Assembly (NCBI GenBank): GCA_050575255.1
Contig: JBNZDD010013657.1
Location: 4,173,026-4,237,025, forward strand
DNA length: 64,000 bases
Direction of reading: 5' to 3'
From: Harriotta raleighana
Lineage: Eukaryota
A model generated the notes under the pieces. It had not been told where the DNA came from. It ran no database searches and saw only the letters and a program-made list of their open reading frames with translations. Made by a program: the position numbers and the translations under genes. Each line of letters begins with the position of its first letter. Within the stretch, counting starts at the first letter, position 1. This document shows positions 11,681 to 24,778 of this stretch, in pieces.

Positions 11681-12562
11681 CTATTCAGCTTCATCCACCC
11701 ATGTATAAAAGCATGCTTGATAGACCATGTTGCACAATCCACTGCCTGACTTACTAAGTGCATGTAATGACTGGAAGTAATGGGACTGCAGTGTGATAGT
11801 GGTGTGTACAGTCACACACACACAAGGGGGGCTCCTGTGCTAGAGTAAAAAGCTTGAAATTCATAAATAATTTGATCCTGACATGACAGATTAATTGAAC
11901 AGGAATCGGTTCAAGAGATCCTATCAGTTTTTAATTAAGATATAACAATAAATCAATTATTAATTTGTTACCTGTATAATTAATCAAATCGTAACTAATT
12001 GAATGCTGCTCTGTTTCCTCCCGGTTTTGAGGAGATAATTCTAAACAGAATTGCAGAAAAAAAACACTTTTGAATTAAGGCTGAATGTAAGACATCGATC
12101 AATTTCAGATAATGTTTTGTAGCTTGGACCAAGGGAGAAGTGTGGATTCTGTCTTGCTCTGTTTCTGTTTGTTTCCATGCTATTGTGCCATATGCCTTGC
12201 TATATCAGATGCCAGGATTATTATATTTACTATATTACATTGTCTCTGCGACTCTCTGTGTCTCTATCTGTGGCTCTCCATGTCTCTTTTGTTGGCTCTA
12301 TGTTTATTGGTGACTATGACTATATTTTTGTGGTATCTGTGTTTCTATCTGCGTCTCTACCACTGTATCTGTCACTGGCTAATGCCATTGTTTTTATACC
12401 TGTGTGTGTGTCTCACTATTGGTTTCTGTGAGTGTGTGTATGGCACTGTAAACAATGAGTCTGTGTCTATGCTTTGTGACTGTGCCCTTTACTTTGTCCA
12501 AATACTTTACCTGCTCTTACAGCTCTCGGTTCCCTTCTGAGCCAGATACTGTAGTTTGGAGC

Positions 12563-15074
12563 CCACGATGAGCATTTTTTTCTTGTGGAACAAGGTGAAA
12601 TGCGAATCTTTACAGCCAGGACTTGGCCCTGGATAACTTTCAGTGGCCATGAGGACTGTAGCCCTACAGGCCATGTACTTACCCACACAAACATGTACAT
12701 AACACTTACAAACCTACACATACACCAACCTCCCATGGACATTCACACATTCACATGTACAGGCCTATTACAAAAAACACCACAATATTTACCCTGAACA
12801 AACTGACACTTACAACATTTATTCCCCACGATTCACAACAGTGCTGCAGCCAAAGCTAAACCCATCTGAATCGATTTAAAATCCAATCAATGGAGTAAAA
12901 TTGCTGTGTGTGTTTGTTGCGGGAGGGAGAGTAACTCGGTTCTTGTGTTAACTAGCGTAAGGAATGTGTTAAGGAATAGGCGCAAATCTGTTTCTTAATT
13001 AGCCCGGGTGTGAAGTCTCCTCACTTATTTGGGTACTCAGACTGCTCCCTGCCTCTGAGATACATGGGGGTTGATGTGGGCCTTGTGGATCAGAGGCCGG
13101 GAGCCTGCTGAGTACAGAGGGAAATAAGGAGACTGTAAAGCAATGCTAACAACGCCGCATTTCGTCGACAAATATAGTCAATTCACTTTACAGTGTAATC
13201 TGTGAAGCATTTTGAGACGTCTAGAAGGTGCGATAAGGCACTATACCAAATGCCAGGATTATTATTATTAGGAAAGGACCCATTGCGGCTGCTCCTTAAG
13301 ATGTTCCTTGTGCTAATTAACACTGCAAATTGTATTCAAAAGAATTACAGGATCCACAATCCAAACAAATCATTCCGCATGTTCACATCGAAACAGGTGT
13401 TTTTCTCCAGCTGAGCCACCTAATCCCTATCAAGTGTAGTGACTGTGTATTTTTTTGTTGACCGAAGAGGAATCATCTTCCTCTTGTGGTTCCTCTTTGC
13501 CCGAGGCATGTGAATAGTCACACAAGATAACGCCATCAGATACTAAGAACAATATTTTACATGGGTGCAGTGCAAAACTGCAGAAGAACTTGTATTGTTC
13601 TTCTGACGTGAAGAACCTGGTAACACATGTAAAGATTGTTATTATTATCATCATAAATCCGGTGCTGGGTGAGAGCTATGTATCTGAGACCATTGACTCA
13701 ATGCCTGGCACTGAACTAGGGGAGGATGGAGGGTCACTCTCTATACTTCCTGTTGAACCTTCTCCAGTTAAAGTGAAATAAATTNNNNNNNNNNNNNNNN
13801 NNNNNNNNNNNNNNNNNNNNNNNNNNNNNNNNNNNNNNNNNNNNNNNNNNNNCCACGATGAGCATTTTTTTCTTGTGGAACAAGGTGAAATGCGAATCTT
13901 TACAGCCAGGACTTGGCCCTGGATAACTTTCAGTGGCCATGAGGACTGTAGCCCTACAGGCCATGTACTTACCCACACAAACATGTACATAACACTTACA
14001 AACCTACACATACACCAACCTCCCATGGACATTCACACATTCACATGTACAGGCCTATTACAAAAAACACCACAATATTTACCCTGAACAAACTGACACT
14101 TACAACATTTATTCCCCACGATTCACAACAGTGCTGCAGCCAAAGCTAAACCCATCTGAATCTATTTAAAATCCAATCAATGGAGTAAAATTGCTGTGTG
14201 TGTTTGTTGCGGGAGGGAGAGTAACTCGGTTCTTGTGTTAACTAGCGTAAGGAATGTGTTAAGGAATAGGCGCAAATCTGTTTCTTAATTAGCCCGGGTG
14301 TGAAGTCTCCTCACTTATTTGGGTACTCAGACTGCTCCCTGCCTCTGAGATACATGGGGGTTGATGTGGGCCTTGTGGATCAGAGGCCGGGAGCCTGCTG
14401 AGTACAGAGGGAAATAAGGAGACTGTAAAGCAATGCTAACAACGCCGCATTTCGTCGACAAATATAGTCAATTCACTTTACAGTGTAATCTGTGAAGCAT
14501 TTTGAGACGTCTAGAAGGTGCGATAAGGCACTATACCAAATGCCAGGATTATTATTATTAGGAAAGGACCCATTGCGGCTGCTCCTTAAGATGTTCCTTG
14601 TGCTAATTAACACTGCAAATTGTATTCAAAAGAATTACAGGATCCACAATCCAAACAAATCATTCCGCATGTTCACATCGAAACAGGTGTTTTTCTCCAG
14701 CTGAGCCACCTAATCCCTATCAAGTGTAGTGACTGTGTATTTTTTTGTTGACCGAAGAGGAATCATCTTCCTCTTGTGGTTCCTCTTTGCCCGAGGCATG
14801 TGAATAGTCACACAAGATAACGCCATCAGATACTAAGAACAATATTTTACATGGGTGCAGTGCAAAACTGCAGAAGAACTTGTATTGTTCTTCTGACGTG
14901 AAGAACCTGGTAACACATGTAAAGATTGTTATTATTATCATCATAAATCCGGTGCTGGGTGAGAGCTATGTATCTGAGACCATTGACTCAATGCCTGGCA
15001 CTGAACTAGGGGAGGATGGAGGGTCACTCTCTATACTTCCTGTTGAACCTTCTCCAGTTAAAGTGAAATAAATT
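12563..15074. other. Assembly overlap duplication around a 68-N gap (12563-13784 = 13853-15074)
   Basis: Offset 1290. The copies are identical apart from g12873/t14163 as far as I can see, and both abut the gap at 13785-13852. Confidence 0.9.
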
Positions 15075-15284
15075 CTGCCCAAGGTACTATTTGGGCTTAT
15101 TCTAGGCTGTGTGTGGGCACACAGGGTTATCCCAAAGGGCCCAACTTGCTATATAATAAAAACACATCTCTGAATTACAAATCTGTTCTTGTGTTTCTTG
15201 CCTTGATTTTGAAGCATTCTCACTTCTCTGCTCCCGCTCTCTTTTCCAGGACAACAACGACTTCATAACAATAATAATCCTTGC

Positions 15285-15445
15285 AATTTTTAAAAGAGAG
15301 GTAGACATTTATTTGGGTAGGACGGGTTTGCGAGATTATGGGGAGAGAGCTGGAGAGTGGGATTAAATTACTCTTTTTAAAGAGCCAGCACTGATTCAAT
15401 GGGCTGAACTGCCTCTTTTTGTGCCGTAAGATTCTATGATTCTAT
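15285..15445 (+). mobile_element. CR1 3' tail fragment
   Basis: tttaaaagagaggtagacatttatttg..aaagagccagcac..atgggctgaactgcctc..gattctatgattctatg. Confidence 0.8.
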
Positions 15446-15730
15446 GTGATATAACACTTTCAATGTCTTCCAGATGTCTCAAAGCGCTTCACAGAATATA
15501 CTGTAAAGTGAGTTGACTGTGTATTTGTGGGCGAAGCTCAGCAGCAAATTGCGCACAGTGGTGTCTCACAAACAAACAGTCATGGATTGGAAATGACCCA
15601 TTTATTATTGTTTTTTTCGAGGGATTATTAGCAGGTGTGGATTAAGGAAATTTGCCCTAGGTTTCACCCTGCCTGGAATCGAACCCAGGTTGCAAGGCAT
15701 GTGCTCTAACCACTGAACTATAGGACTCCT
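15446..15730 (-). mobile_element. tRNA-derived SINE, dominant family
   Basis: Core, plus reversed head tgctctaaccactgaactataggactcc. Confidence 0.9.
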
Positions 15731-16263
15731 CTGCATTCATGTAGCACCCTTCAAGCAGATAGTATCCCAGAACGCTTCAAAGTGGCTGAGTCTGACAACC
15801 CAGATAAAGGATAGGCTGACGCAATAAGGAGCTTTGCAACCTGCTGGCCCTTTGCAATCTCCAGTCCCACAATCCATGCAGAGACTGTATTAAGATAGGA
15901 CGGAGATTGCAACATCTGCTAAGTGTCACATCACGTGTCTCAATTTCGATCATTACTTTCACTCAGTTCCCTTTTTTTTTTGTGCCAAACGTTTATTTCT
16001 CCCTATAACAACGCTTAACTCTCTGTAAATCCCAAACGCATACAAGTGCAATCCTCTTACGGCCCCTTCTCTCACACTCCTGGCCATCTGATGGATGATA
16101 ATTCTCTCGCCTGCAACGCAGCTTTCCTTGTCTCTCTGTTTTATTGATGCTACTCCAGATTCTCCAAAAACTCCACGTGTGACGCTCCGCATGCCCTGCC
16201 TTGGTTCCCTGCAGCGAAGTGAAGATTTGCAGTGTTCCTTACACTAACAGCTATAAAACCAAT

Positions 16264-16283
16264 TGTCCACTAGGGGGCAGCAC
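16264..16283 (+). promoter_or_regulatory. CTCF consensus motif
   Basis: tgtCCACTAGGGGGCAGcac, a near-perfect match to the CCASYAGRKGGCRS core. Confidence 0.6.
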
Positions 16284-18906
16284 ATGCCACTCAGTTCTTT
16301 TTCCAATCACAGTGCCACCAATTATTTCAGTTTCACTTAAGCATTTATTTTGTAAAATTGTCAGGCCTGGGATTGAACTCCCCCACCCTCCCCTCTCACA
16401 CACTCCCACAAGGAATTCTTTCGCTGAATATCTATTTTGTAGCAATGATTTGGCCGTAAAAACAACTAGTGTAATAATTGATTATTAGGGGAGGTGTGCT
16501 GACACCTAATGGATGGTAGTTAACCATTGGCTAAAGGTTTACTCAGATATTTCTCAATACTAAGGAGCTAAATCGAGTTAAAAATAAATTTTCTGTGTCC
16601 CTACCTAGCCATCTGGCCACTCTCGGTCGGGTTCGAGCAGTGACGGAGGCAGGTGTCTGTGCTGCCATGGTTGGATTGCCCTGTTCCTGCCCATTACCAT
16701 TTCATCTCAGGTTGTTCCGGTCTCTCTGGAGGTGCAGCTCTTTAATCACTGGGCCACCCTGAGTGCTGCTCAGAAACCATCTGTGATCCCTGGCACATCT
16801 CCCCCCATCAGGACCTGTTCTCTTGATTCCCTCACAGAAACTGCCTGGTGTTTGTAGCATCACAAAGACTATGAATTACTGGCAAGTGCCGTGACTGTGC
16901 ACAGCAATGTTCCCAATAGCAGCCATGATGTACCTACCTCTTTCACTGCACCTATAGCCACTTTCTTCACGTCCTTCTTCCTTGTTTGACATTCAATCCC
17001 ACCACCGCCCAGTGCTCTGTGATGCTATTCTGCATGAGCAGTGTTGTATAAAGGCATGTTGTTGAGATTGTTTGCCCTTATTGAGTTCTTGATCTTTGCT
17101 AACACAACCGTGAATGAAGCAGGTCAGTGCGTTCTTAGTACAGTAACTGGGGAAACAAAAGAATCTGAACAGATGGAAAGAACTATGCCTATGCCAGCTG
17201 AGGAAGGCCTGAACAGAGCCCAGGTGACCGGCATTACTCTTTCGCTGTGTGAGACCACAGACCACGACCACGAGTCACTGGGTCAATTCACTCCAGGCTG
17301 GAGTTGCAGAAGGTGGGGGCAGAAAGGCTGAAGACTTGACTGCCGATAGTTTCTGTTAACGCAGACTTTACTCTAATGAGAGCAGATGTACATGATGTTT
17401 TTAACAAAAAGAATGTAAGTTAAAGAGATTCAATAGTTCTTGGTGTTTAACAAGCCTATGTCATTCTCAGAAACAAGCACCTCAACTATTATTTTATTGA
17501 GAGGTCTCCAAGCCCTTCACAGAATATCTTGTAAAATACAGAAGGTATATTAATATATTAATGCGGAATCTCATTATTCTTCGAAAATAAATTTCAAACC
17601 AGCTTTGAAGCTGGCGCCTGAGAGCTTTGCAGGGAGCGTCTCTTCTTCTGGAAAAGTTGGAAATTTAAATGATGTAAAACTGCAATTTTGCTCTCAAAGC
17701 AGATAACACAATCATCAAAGAAGGTTCCCACAGACAAAGAGGCGAGAATCCTGGGCGAGATCCAGCAAGACAACTTTCCAAACCAACCTTGAAAAATCAG
17801 CTGCATGCATTTTACTGAAATAGATAACAACAATAATGATGCTTACATTGAATACAGTGCCTTGCTTCGCGTCAGGAGGCTGTCTCAAAGCTCATCACAG
17901 GATTTAGTATAAAATGTGGTGACTGTGTATTTTGTAAGCAAACACAGCAGTCAATTTGCACACAGTAGTGTCCTACAAACAGCCATGAAATGAATGACCA
18001 ATTCGCCCATAAATATACAGTCAACTCACTTTGCAGTATTTCCTGAGAAGCGCTTTGAGACGTCTAAAAGACGTGAAAAGTGCTACATTAAATGCAAGGA
18101 TTATTATTATTATTTGAGTGGGAGGCTATTGGCCAGGACATCAGGAGAAATGCTCTTCTCTTTTTGAGTAGTGTTCCTGAGTGTTCGGATCTCACTGCCT
18201 GTTTTATCCTGTATTTAACCCCACTTTATACCACTTGACCAGATCCCAGCCTTAATACAGTCTTCATTTGACAAGAATGGTTTGCATCAATCTTTAAATC
18301 TGAACCATTCCAGAGTGAACTGTGTGGGGCAGGTCTCTAAATATGTGTGGAGGAAAGAGACATGGTTTAGATTAGTATTGTAAGAAATTTGTATACATTT
18401 TCTTGAAATTCATCTCCAGTGTTAGAAATCGAGACTCCCACTTCACAGCCTTGCAACGTAATGAGAGGAAGTGTTTCCAGACTCACGTCCCTGGCCTTAT
18501 TAATGAAAGAGCAGTGAGACAGCACATCTGCTGATGGATGGCGAGCTAATTAAACATGTTTCACCTAAACACACTCAGCCAGTACAACAGTCTTGTGCTC
18601 TGGTGAAGCTGCTTGATGGGTTGTACTTGAGGATACTACTAGGGTTGGGATTGCGGAAGTTGAGAATATGGGAATATAGGAACATGGGAATTCAGGAACA
18701 TAATAACAAAGGCACAGGAGTAGGCCATTCAGCCCCACAAGCCTGTTCCACCAATTTATCAGATCAAGGTTGATTTGTACCTCAGCTCCAATTATATTTG
18801 ATACACAATTAGTCCTCGTTAAGCGAANTGTTCCACCAATTTATCAGATCAAGGTTGATTTGTACCTCAGCTCCAATTGTGTATNGCTCCAATTATATTT
18901 GATACA

Positions 18907-19110
18907 CAATTAGTCCTCGTTAAGCGAACCCGCACAAGAAACCAGAACACTCAGCGTCTATGTCCGCCTAAGCTACCCAAAGTAGTTTGTTTCCAACGAT
19001 GTAATAGCAAACGTTGTGATGTTAAATGAATATACAGTATGTTCCCCTATGTATCAGCAACGTAATAACGAAACGTTAACCGAAGCAACGTTAAGTGAGG
19101 TCTACTTGTA
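18907..19110. mobile_element. Older ~200-bp Tigger/pogo-like MITE
   Basis: The left end caattagtcctcgttaagcg resembles the reverse complement of the right end, (ta)caagtagacctcacttaacg. There are internal aacgtt-type subrepeats. Confidence 0.6.
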
Positions 19111-19736
19111 ACGTATCCAATTATATAAAATCCAATGCAGGAACAGGGGGAAAATAGGGACATATAAATATGGAATAACAGGAACACTAGAACATGGGAA
19201 AATGACCTCCCTCTATCTTACGATGAAGTGAATGCAAGTTGAGATCTTTTTCAGGAGAAGACCTTGCACAAATTGTCGTGCTACTCACTGCTCCAAGAGG
19301 TCTGGAACATTCTGGCTCAATTCAGCTTCCCCTTTGACAAACCGACTATTCCGCACGAGTGAAACGACACAATTTCTGCAGTTTTCATGTCCGTTGGTGC
19401 TAGAAATTGGCGAGCTATCTGGTAACCTCACTTCTTTTATCTCTCTCTGTTAGTACATTGTATCCAAATGAATACAATTGGACTCTGATCAGTCAATCTT
19501 AACCAGTTTGCTGCCAGTGACTTCCTGTGGGAGGAACAGACCTGCCAGGGACTGTAATCCAGGAGCAGAATCGATTGTAATACATTTAAAAGTGAATAAG
19601 ACGAGCACCTGAGAAGGAAAGGTATTAGAGGCTGCGGGGCAAAAGCAGCAAATTGGGATTCATTTTTATTATTTTGTTGGAGGAGCGACCACTGACACCA
19701 ATAGAATGGATCAGATGGCCTCCTACTAACACATGT

Positions 19737-20050
19737 GGAGTCCGATAACTCAGTGGGTTGAGCACTCGCCTCACAAGCCAGAGATCTGGGTTCGATTCCC
19801 ATCAGGGCGAAACGTTGGGCAAGTTTACTTATTCCGCAGGCCTGATAATAATAATCCGTCGAGAAAATAAACCCAATACTGTAATAAAATTGGTCACTTC
19901 AATTCACAACTGTATGTGGGACACTGCTGTGCGCAATTGGCTGCTGCGTGTTGCCCACAAATATATTGTCAATTTACTTTACGGTATATTCTGTGAAGCA
20001 CTTTGAGACGTCTAGAAGATGTGAAAAGCACTATATCAAATGCAAAGATT
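19737..20050 (+). mobile_element. tRNA-derived SINE, dominant family, full length
   Basis: ggagtccgataactcagtgggttgagc..ggttcgattccc head, followed by core and tail. Confidence 0.93.
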
Positions 20051-20419
20051 AGAATGATAGATTTCTGTGTTTATGGGTGCCAGAAGCTGTTTGTGGATTA
20101 AGGTTGTGTGCAATTGGCTGTCTCTTTCGCCTACAAAAATATAGTATCTTCACTTCACTGTAATTCCTGCAAAGTGCTTTGAGATATCTCAGCTTATTAT
20201 TAAGCATGATATCAAATATAAGGATAATTATTATAATCCACCTGGTCAGAGAGTCCCGATTGTGTAGTGAGTAGAGTTACTGCTTATGAACTGAGTTTAT
20301 GGCAGTTGGAAGCCCAGTGTTTGTAGGTCCCTGCTGGGGGAAAATCTTAAATGGTCACTAAACGAAACAATAATAAAAAAAAAGTTGACAGTAATTGCTT
20401 GTGAAGCACTTTTAACAAG

Positions 20420-20712
20420 ACAAAAACGCTAGGCAAAGTTTCCTTAGTCCACAACCCTCTGTTTACTTAGCAGTACGTAGAACCCTGTTGTTAGTTGATT
20501 GGCAGATTGCTTTCCAGGGGGTAAGAATCCCTCCCCCCAAAATTATTTGATCAATCAATTCACAGCTGTTTGCGAGACAGTGCTGTACGCAATTGGTTGC
20601 CGCGGTATACCCACAAAATATACAGTCTATTCACTTTACAGTATATTCTGTGAAGCGTTTTGAGACCTCTCAACAATGTGATAAGGTGCTAGATCAAATG
20701 CAAGGATTATTA
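20420..20712 (+). mobile_element. SINE variant with an extra ~65-bp internal segment
   Basis: After tttccttagtccaca it carries ctctgtttacttagcag..aaccctgttgttagtt..gctttccagggggtaagaatccc. The same segment occurs at ~48330-48395 and, reversed, at ~56555-56625. Confidence 0.75.
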
Positions 20713-22537
20713 GTACTGTATATTATTACTACATGTACAGTAACATTTTTTTTTCTTTCTTTGCTTGGGGATTGTTCCAAACACCACTTGTCTGTAGGGA
20801 GAGAGGAATCAGTGGCTCAGGGAAGCGAGGGAATTCCCAGAAGTGTGTTAGCGATCACCTGCAGCAGAAGTATTGCTTACTGGCCTAGCTCATCTCAGTG
20901 CTAACTGCGCTTGCTCTTCCTGGCCCTGCCAGTCAGAATTATTAGAATTATTTAACAGGTTGTCTTTTTCCATTCTCATCCTCATCGGGCTCTGTTTCTC
21001 CTGTCAGCTGCATTTGTTCATCCCAACTCCATACCGGATGTTTTATATCCCACTTGCTGCCCCGGGCTTTGCCCTGGAGGAGACACCAGAATGGGCCAAG
21101 CATGGGAGGGAGTTGGAACGTGAAGGACAAGAGAGAGTTTAGGATCCTCGCTAGCCCTCTCTGGACACCTCAGCGAGAGCAGACGAGGTGTCTGTAACTC
21201 TAGGAACATTAACAATTTGCGTGCATGGATTGTCTCAGATGTATCGAATAATTTGCGTCAAGTCCTTCGAACCTCGCTTCCGATGTGAAAGGACATGTAT
21301 GAATTGTATTCCAATATTATTATTATTACTATTATTCTATTGAATGTCTTGGTACCCCATTCCAGCTGTTAAGTACTCACTTTGTGAAGAGACACTTTCT
21401 GGTGTCTGTCCTAAATTTGCCCCCCAGGTCAGGCTTTGCTGTGCAGATGATTGAAAGTTGGCAAGCGAAGAGAAGCACAACCAAATGTAAAGAGATGTAA
21501 GAGATCCTGGGCATGCATTAAAGGTGTCCACTTCGACTGGACTGCCAGGGTTTGCTAGCTCTACCTCAATCTACTTCGGATAGATTACAACTATTGTGAG
21601 GACAGCTGCTTTATTCAGCTGTTAAGAAATGTAGCTTACCATCAAGGTGACCTGGAGCTCAGGCTTCACTAACTCAACAAATACCAAATGCAAGGAATCG
21701 TTGCCAGATAAAGATTCCACATCCCCTTGTAGCATAACAGAATGCCACTGTCTGACTGACACCGATATTTGGTTGTAAGCTATTTGTGCAGTGAGGCAAA
21801 GCCAAGGAAAGCTTTCTGTCTGCTGCACTCCCTGGTCTCTTATCATTAGATGTGTCATTTTTTGCAGCGATTTTGTTTTGCACAAACTCTACAGATTCCT
21901 CACTGGGCTCCAGAGTGAACTGAGAGATGCAATGGGGTTACCAGAGAGACCTATCAGGACATAAAAGCAATGTTTGTGGAGAAGATTGTCATCGGATAAA
22001 TGGTCGCTTATTCATAGACACAAGCATAAGCAAGTGTAATGATGCAACTTGCTACTTCAATTATACTTTTCTCAGAACATGAGTAAGGAATAATAAAAGG
22101 GCCATCAGACTCCCTCCTCCACTGACTCCCACCTCACCATCCACTCTACCCACCTGCCGGTGTTGCCTATTGCTGGTGTTAACTGCTGATAATGTTAATC
22201 ATTGGTGGCGGTAAAATATTACTGGTGTCACACACTAGGGGACAGCATATACTAAATACTTTTGTTATCTGTGTCCTGTGCCCAGGGTCAAGACTTACTG
22301 TATTCACGTGCCTGAATCACATATGGCCTGGAATCCCACACAGTTTTAGCCTGTAAGGCTGCTTTTGCTTCAAAATTCAAGATTGTGCGGAATTGTGGAA
22401 AATTCTTCATTAGGGACAAGCTTGGTTTCTTTTTCACAAATTAGTCACTCACTCTACAAAATGCGATAGAAATTTTAAGAGCACCTTTTAGCGCCTTGAG
22501 ATGTCCTCCCAACGAGAAAGGCGTAGTTTTTTTTTTG

Positions 22538-22740
22538 TAATAATAATAGTAATCCTTTGATTTGATATAACTCTTTTCACATCTTCTAGACGTTTCAAAG
22601 GTCTTCACATAATATAATGTAAAGTGAATTGACTGCATATATGTGGGTGAAACACGGCAGCCAATTGCGCACAGCAGTGTCCCACAAACAGTCGGGAATT
22701 GAAATAACAATTTTTTAAAAAGGGATTATTATTAGGTGTG
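22538..22740 (-). mobile_element. Dominant-family SINE, 5'-truncated
   Basis: Tail and core present, head absent. Confidence 0.85.
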
Positions 22741-23339
22741 ATACCATCGTTATTACTCCTAATAATTATTAAGTGATTATTAGGGATTATTATTTTGATG
22801 TGATAATGCCCTGAATCAAATGCACAATATTTTATGAAATAAGTTTGAGCCATTAATTTTTTTTAACCAGACAGGGATACACTCTCTCTCTCTCATCTCT
22901 GTACTTTGCTCTGTTACATATGATCTTTTGCTTTGATATTGCTCTGTCTGTAGATCAGACTGACTGCTAAGGATTCAAAGATTTCCCCGTTGTTATGTGA
23001 AGCTGCAATAGAGCGAAGGATTACAATTGCCCCCAACAGGCCCCTGAATAGATAAGGAAGGCTGTAGATTTTATCAAGCAGATTTTTACTGAGCACAATA
23101 ATGAAAGGGACGTTTACATAAAGCAGTGGCCCAATGACTAGATCAGAGCGAGTGAAGCAACAAAAATCACAGGATGAAATATTAATCTGCCACGTCAATC
23201 GCCATCTCCTGTTCTTGGTAATTGTATCGTCTCTGTATTCTGCTCCACAAGCTTTTTTTAAAAAAAAGATGCTTTGTACACACAGAAGCACGGTGCATTG
23301 CACTCCTTCAAATAATATCGGGAACCGTGTGGGTTTCAG

Positions 23340-23720
23340 TGGACAGAGATAGTGACAGAGAGATAGAGAACTACAACTTGAATAAGATGTAAAGAGAGAT
23401 ATACACAGAGAAATACCAAGAGAGATCCACACACACACACAGATAAACACATAGAGAGATATCCAAGAGAGAGATAAATACACAGAGATATAATGCACAC
23501 GAGAGAGATACAGAAAGAAAAATATAGAAAGAGAGAGAGAAAGAGATAGGAATGAACTTTATGGTGTTTCATGACATCAGTTAGAATTAGGAGCACCACA
23601 CATTTCACCCAATTTATGGAGAGCGAGAGAGAGGGAGGAGAGATAGAGTGAGAAAGGGAGAGTGGGAGGGGAAGAGAGAGACAGATACAGAGAGAAATAT
23701 AGAGATACTGTAAAGAGAAA
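23340..23720. repeat. GA-rich low-complexity tract
   Basis: gagagatag/agagagata repeats, which explain the 194-aa minus ORF. Confidence 0.85.
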
Positions 23721-24453
23721 GCATAACAAGTCTGGAGAAACTCCTATCTCCTGGTGTCAACCAGTTTTTGAATTAGTTCAACTTACGCACTACTGTATGA
23801 CACTGAATGTCTCCGACACCATAACATTAAATATGAACTACTAAAATAAATATTAAGAGTGCAATTTTCTTGGCTCAGTTGGTAATAAGGTTGTGGGGGC
23901 CTTGACTGTTCGAAAAGAGTATCCTCTGGATAGATCAATCATTCATCTCATTTATAGCCCCTTCCCATGTCGAAATATCTTAAAGTGCTTTGCAGGTAAT
24001 TGATGTCAAGTGCACTGAATGTACAACTGTAACCAAAGCTGGCAGTCAGTTTGCACTGCAATTGGCCACAAACAGCCATGAAATAAATAATCAATTGATC
24101 TGGAGGAAAGTCTCCCTTTTTTCTCTCAACATCCACCTAGACTTTAAAGATCACATTCTTTAACATTAACTGGACTTTATCTGAGGGACAACAATTTACC
24201 TGCAATTTAGCTCCCCCACCACCCCACTCCCTGTATAGCACTGGAGGATCAGCTGGAGGATCACAATGTATAGCTTCAGATTCAGTGACAAGATTAAGAT
24301 ATATACATATAGTCAGTGCTACATACACAATCCAACTCACAGACTTCATTGATATATAGATACACATAGTCAAACACACACAGGTAATGTTACATACACC
24401 ACACACAATCAGTGTTAACCACTATGCAGCAAAGGATTAAACCAAGATCCTGT

Positions 24454-24778
24454 GGAGCTCCTGTGGCTTAGTGGTTAGAGCACTTGTCTTATAAGCATGA
24501 GACCTGTGTTCAAATCCCGGCAGATCAGGACGAAACCCTGGGCAAGTTTCCTTACTCCACATGCCTAATAATAATCCCTCCAAAAATACAACAATAATAA
24601 AATTGGTCATTTCAATCCATGACTGTTTGTGGGACGCTGCTGTGCGCAATTGGCTGCCGCATTGTGCCCAGAAATATACAGTCAATTCACTTTACAGTAT
24701 ATTCTGTGAAGCGCTTTGGGACATTGATAAGATGTGAAAAGCGCTATATCAAATGCAAGGATTATTATTATTATTATT
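24454..24778 (+). mobile_element. tRNA-derived SINE, dominant family, full length
   Basis: ggagctcctgtggcttagtggttagagc.. through to gcaagg(att)n. Confidence 0.96.

Noticed and set aside
12563-15074. Apparent 1.2-kb tandem duplication with duplicated ORFs
   Set aside because: The copies are essentially identical and abut an N gap, as expected for unmerged contig or haplotype overlap.
21640-21950. Minus-strand exon-like segment (tag|g... atg|gtaagc)
   Set aside because: All frames from the upstream acceptor contain stops and the peptides are unrecognisable. Splice-like motifs alone are insufficient, although a non-coding exon is not excluded.
22914-23498. Longest ORF (194 aa), and similar L/S/C/V-rich ORFs at 12112, 38727 and 49327
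   Set aside because: They arise from GA/TC and TG low-complexity tracts that lack stop codons.
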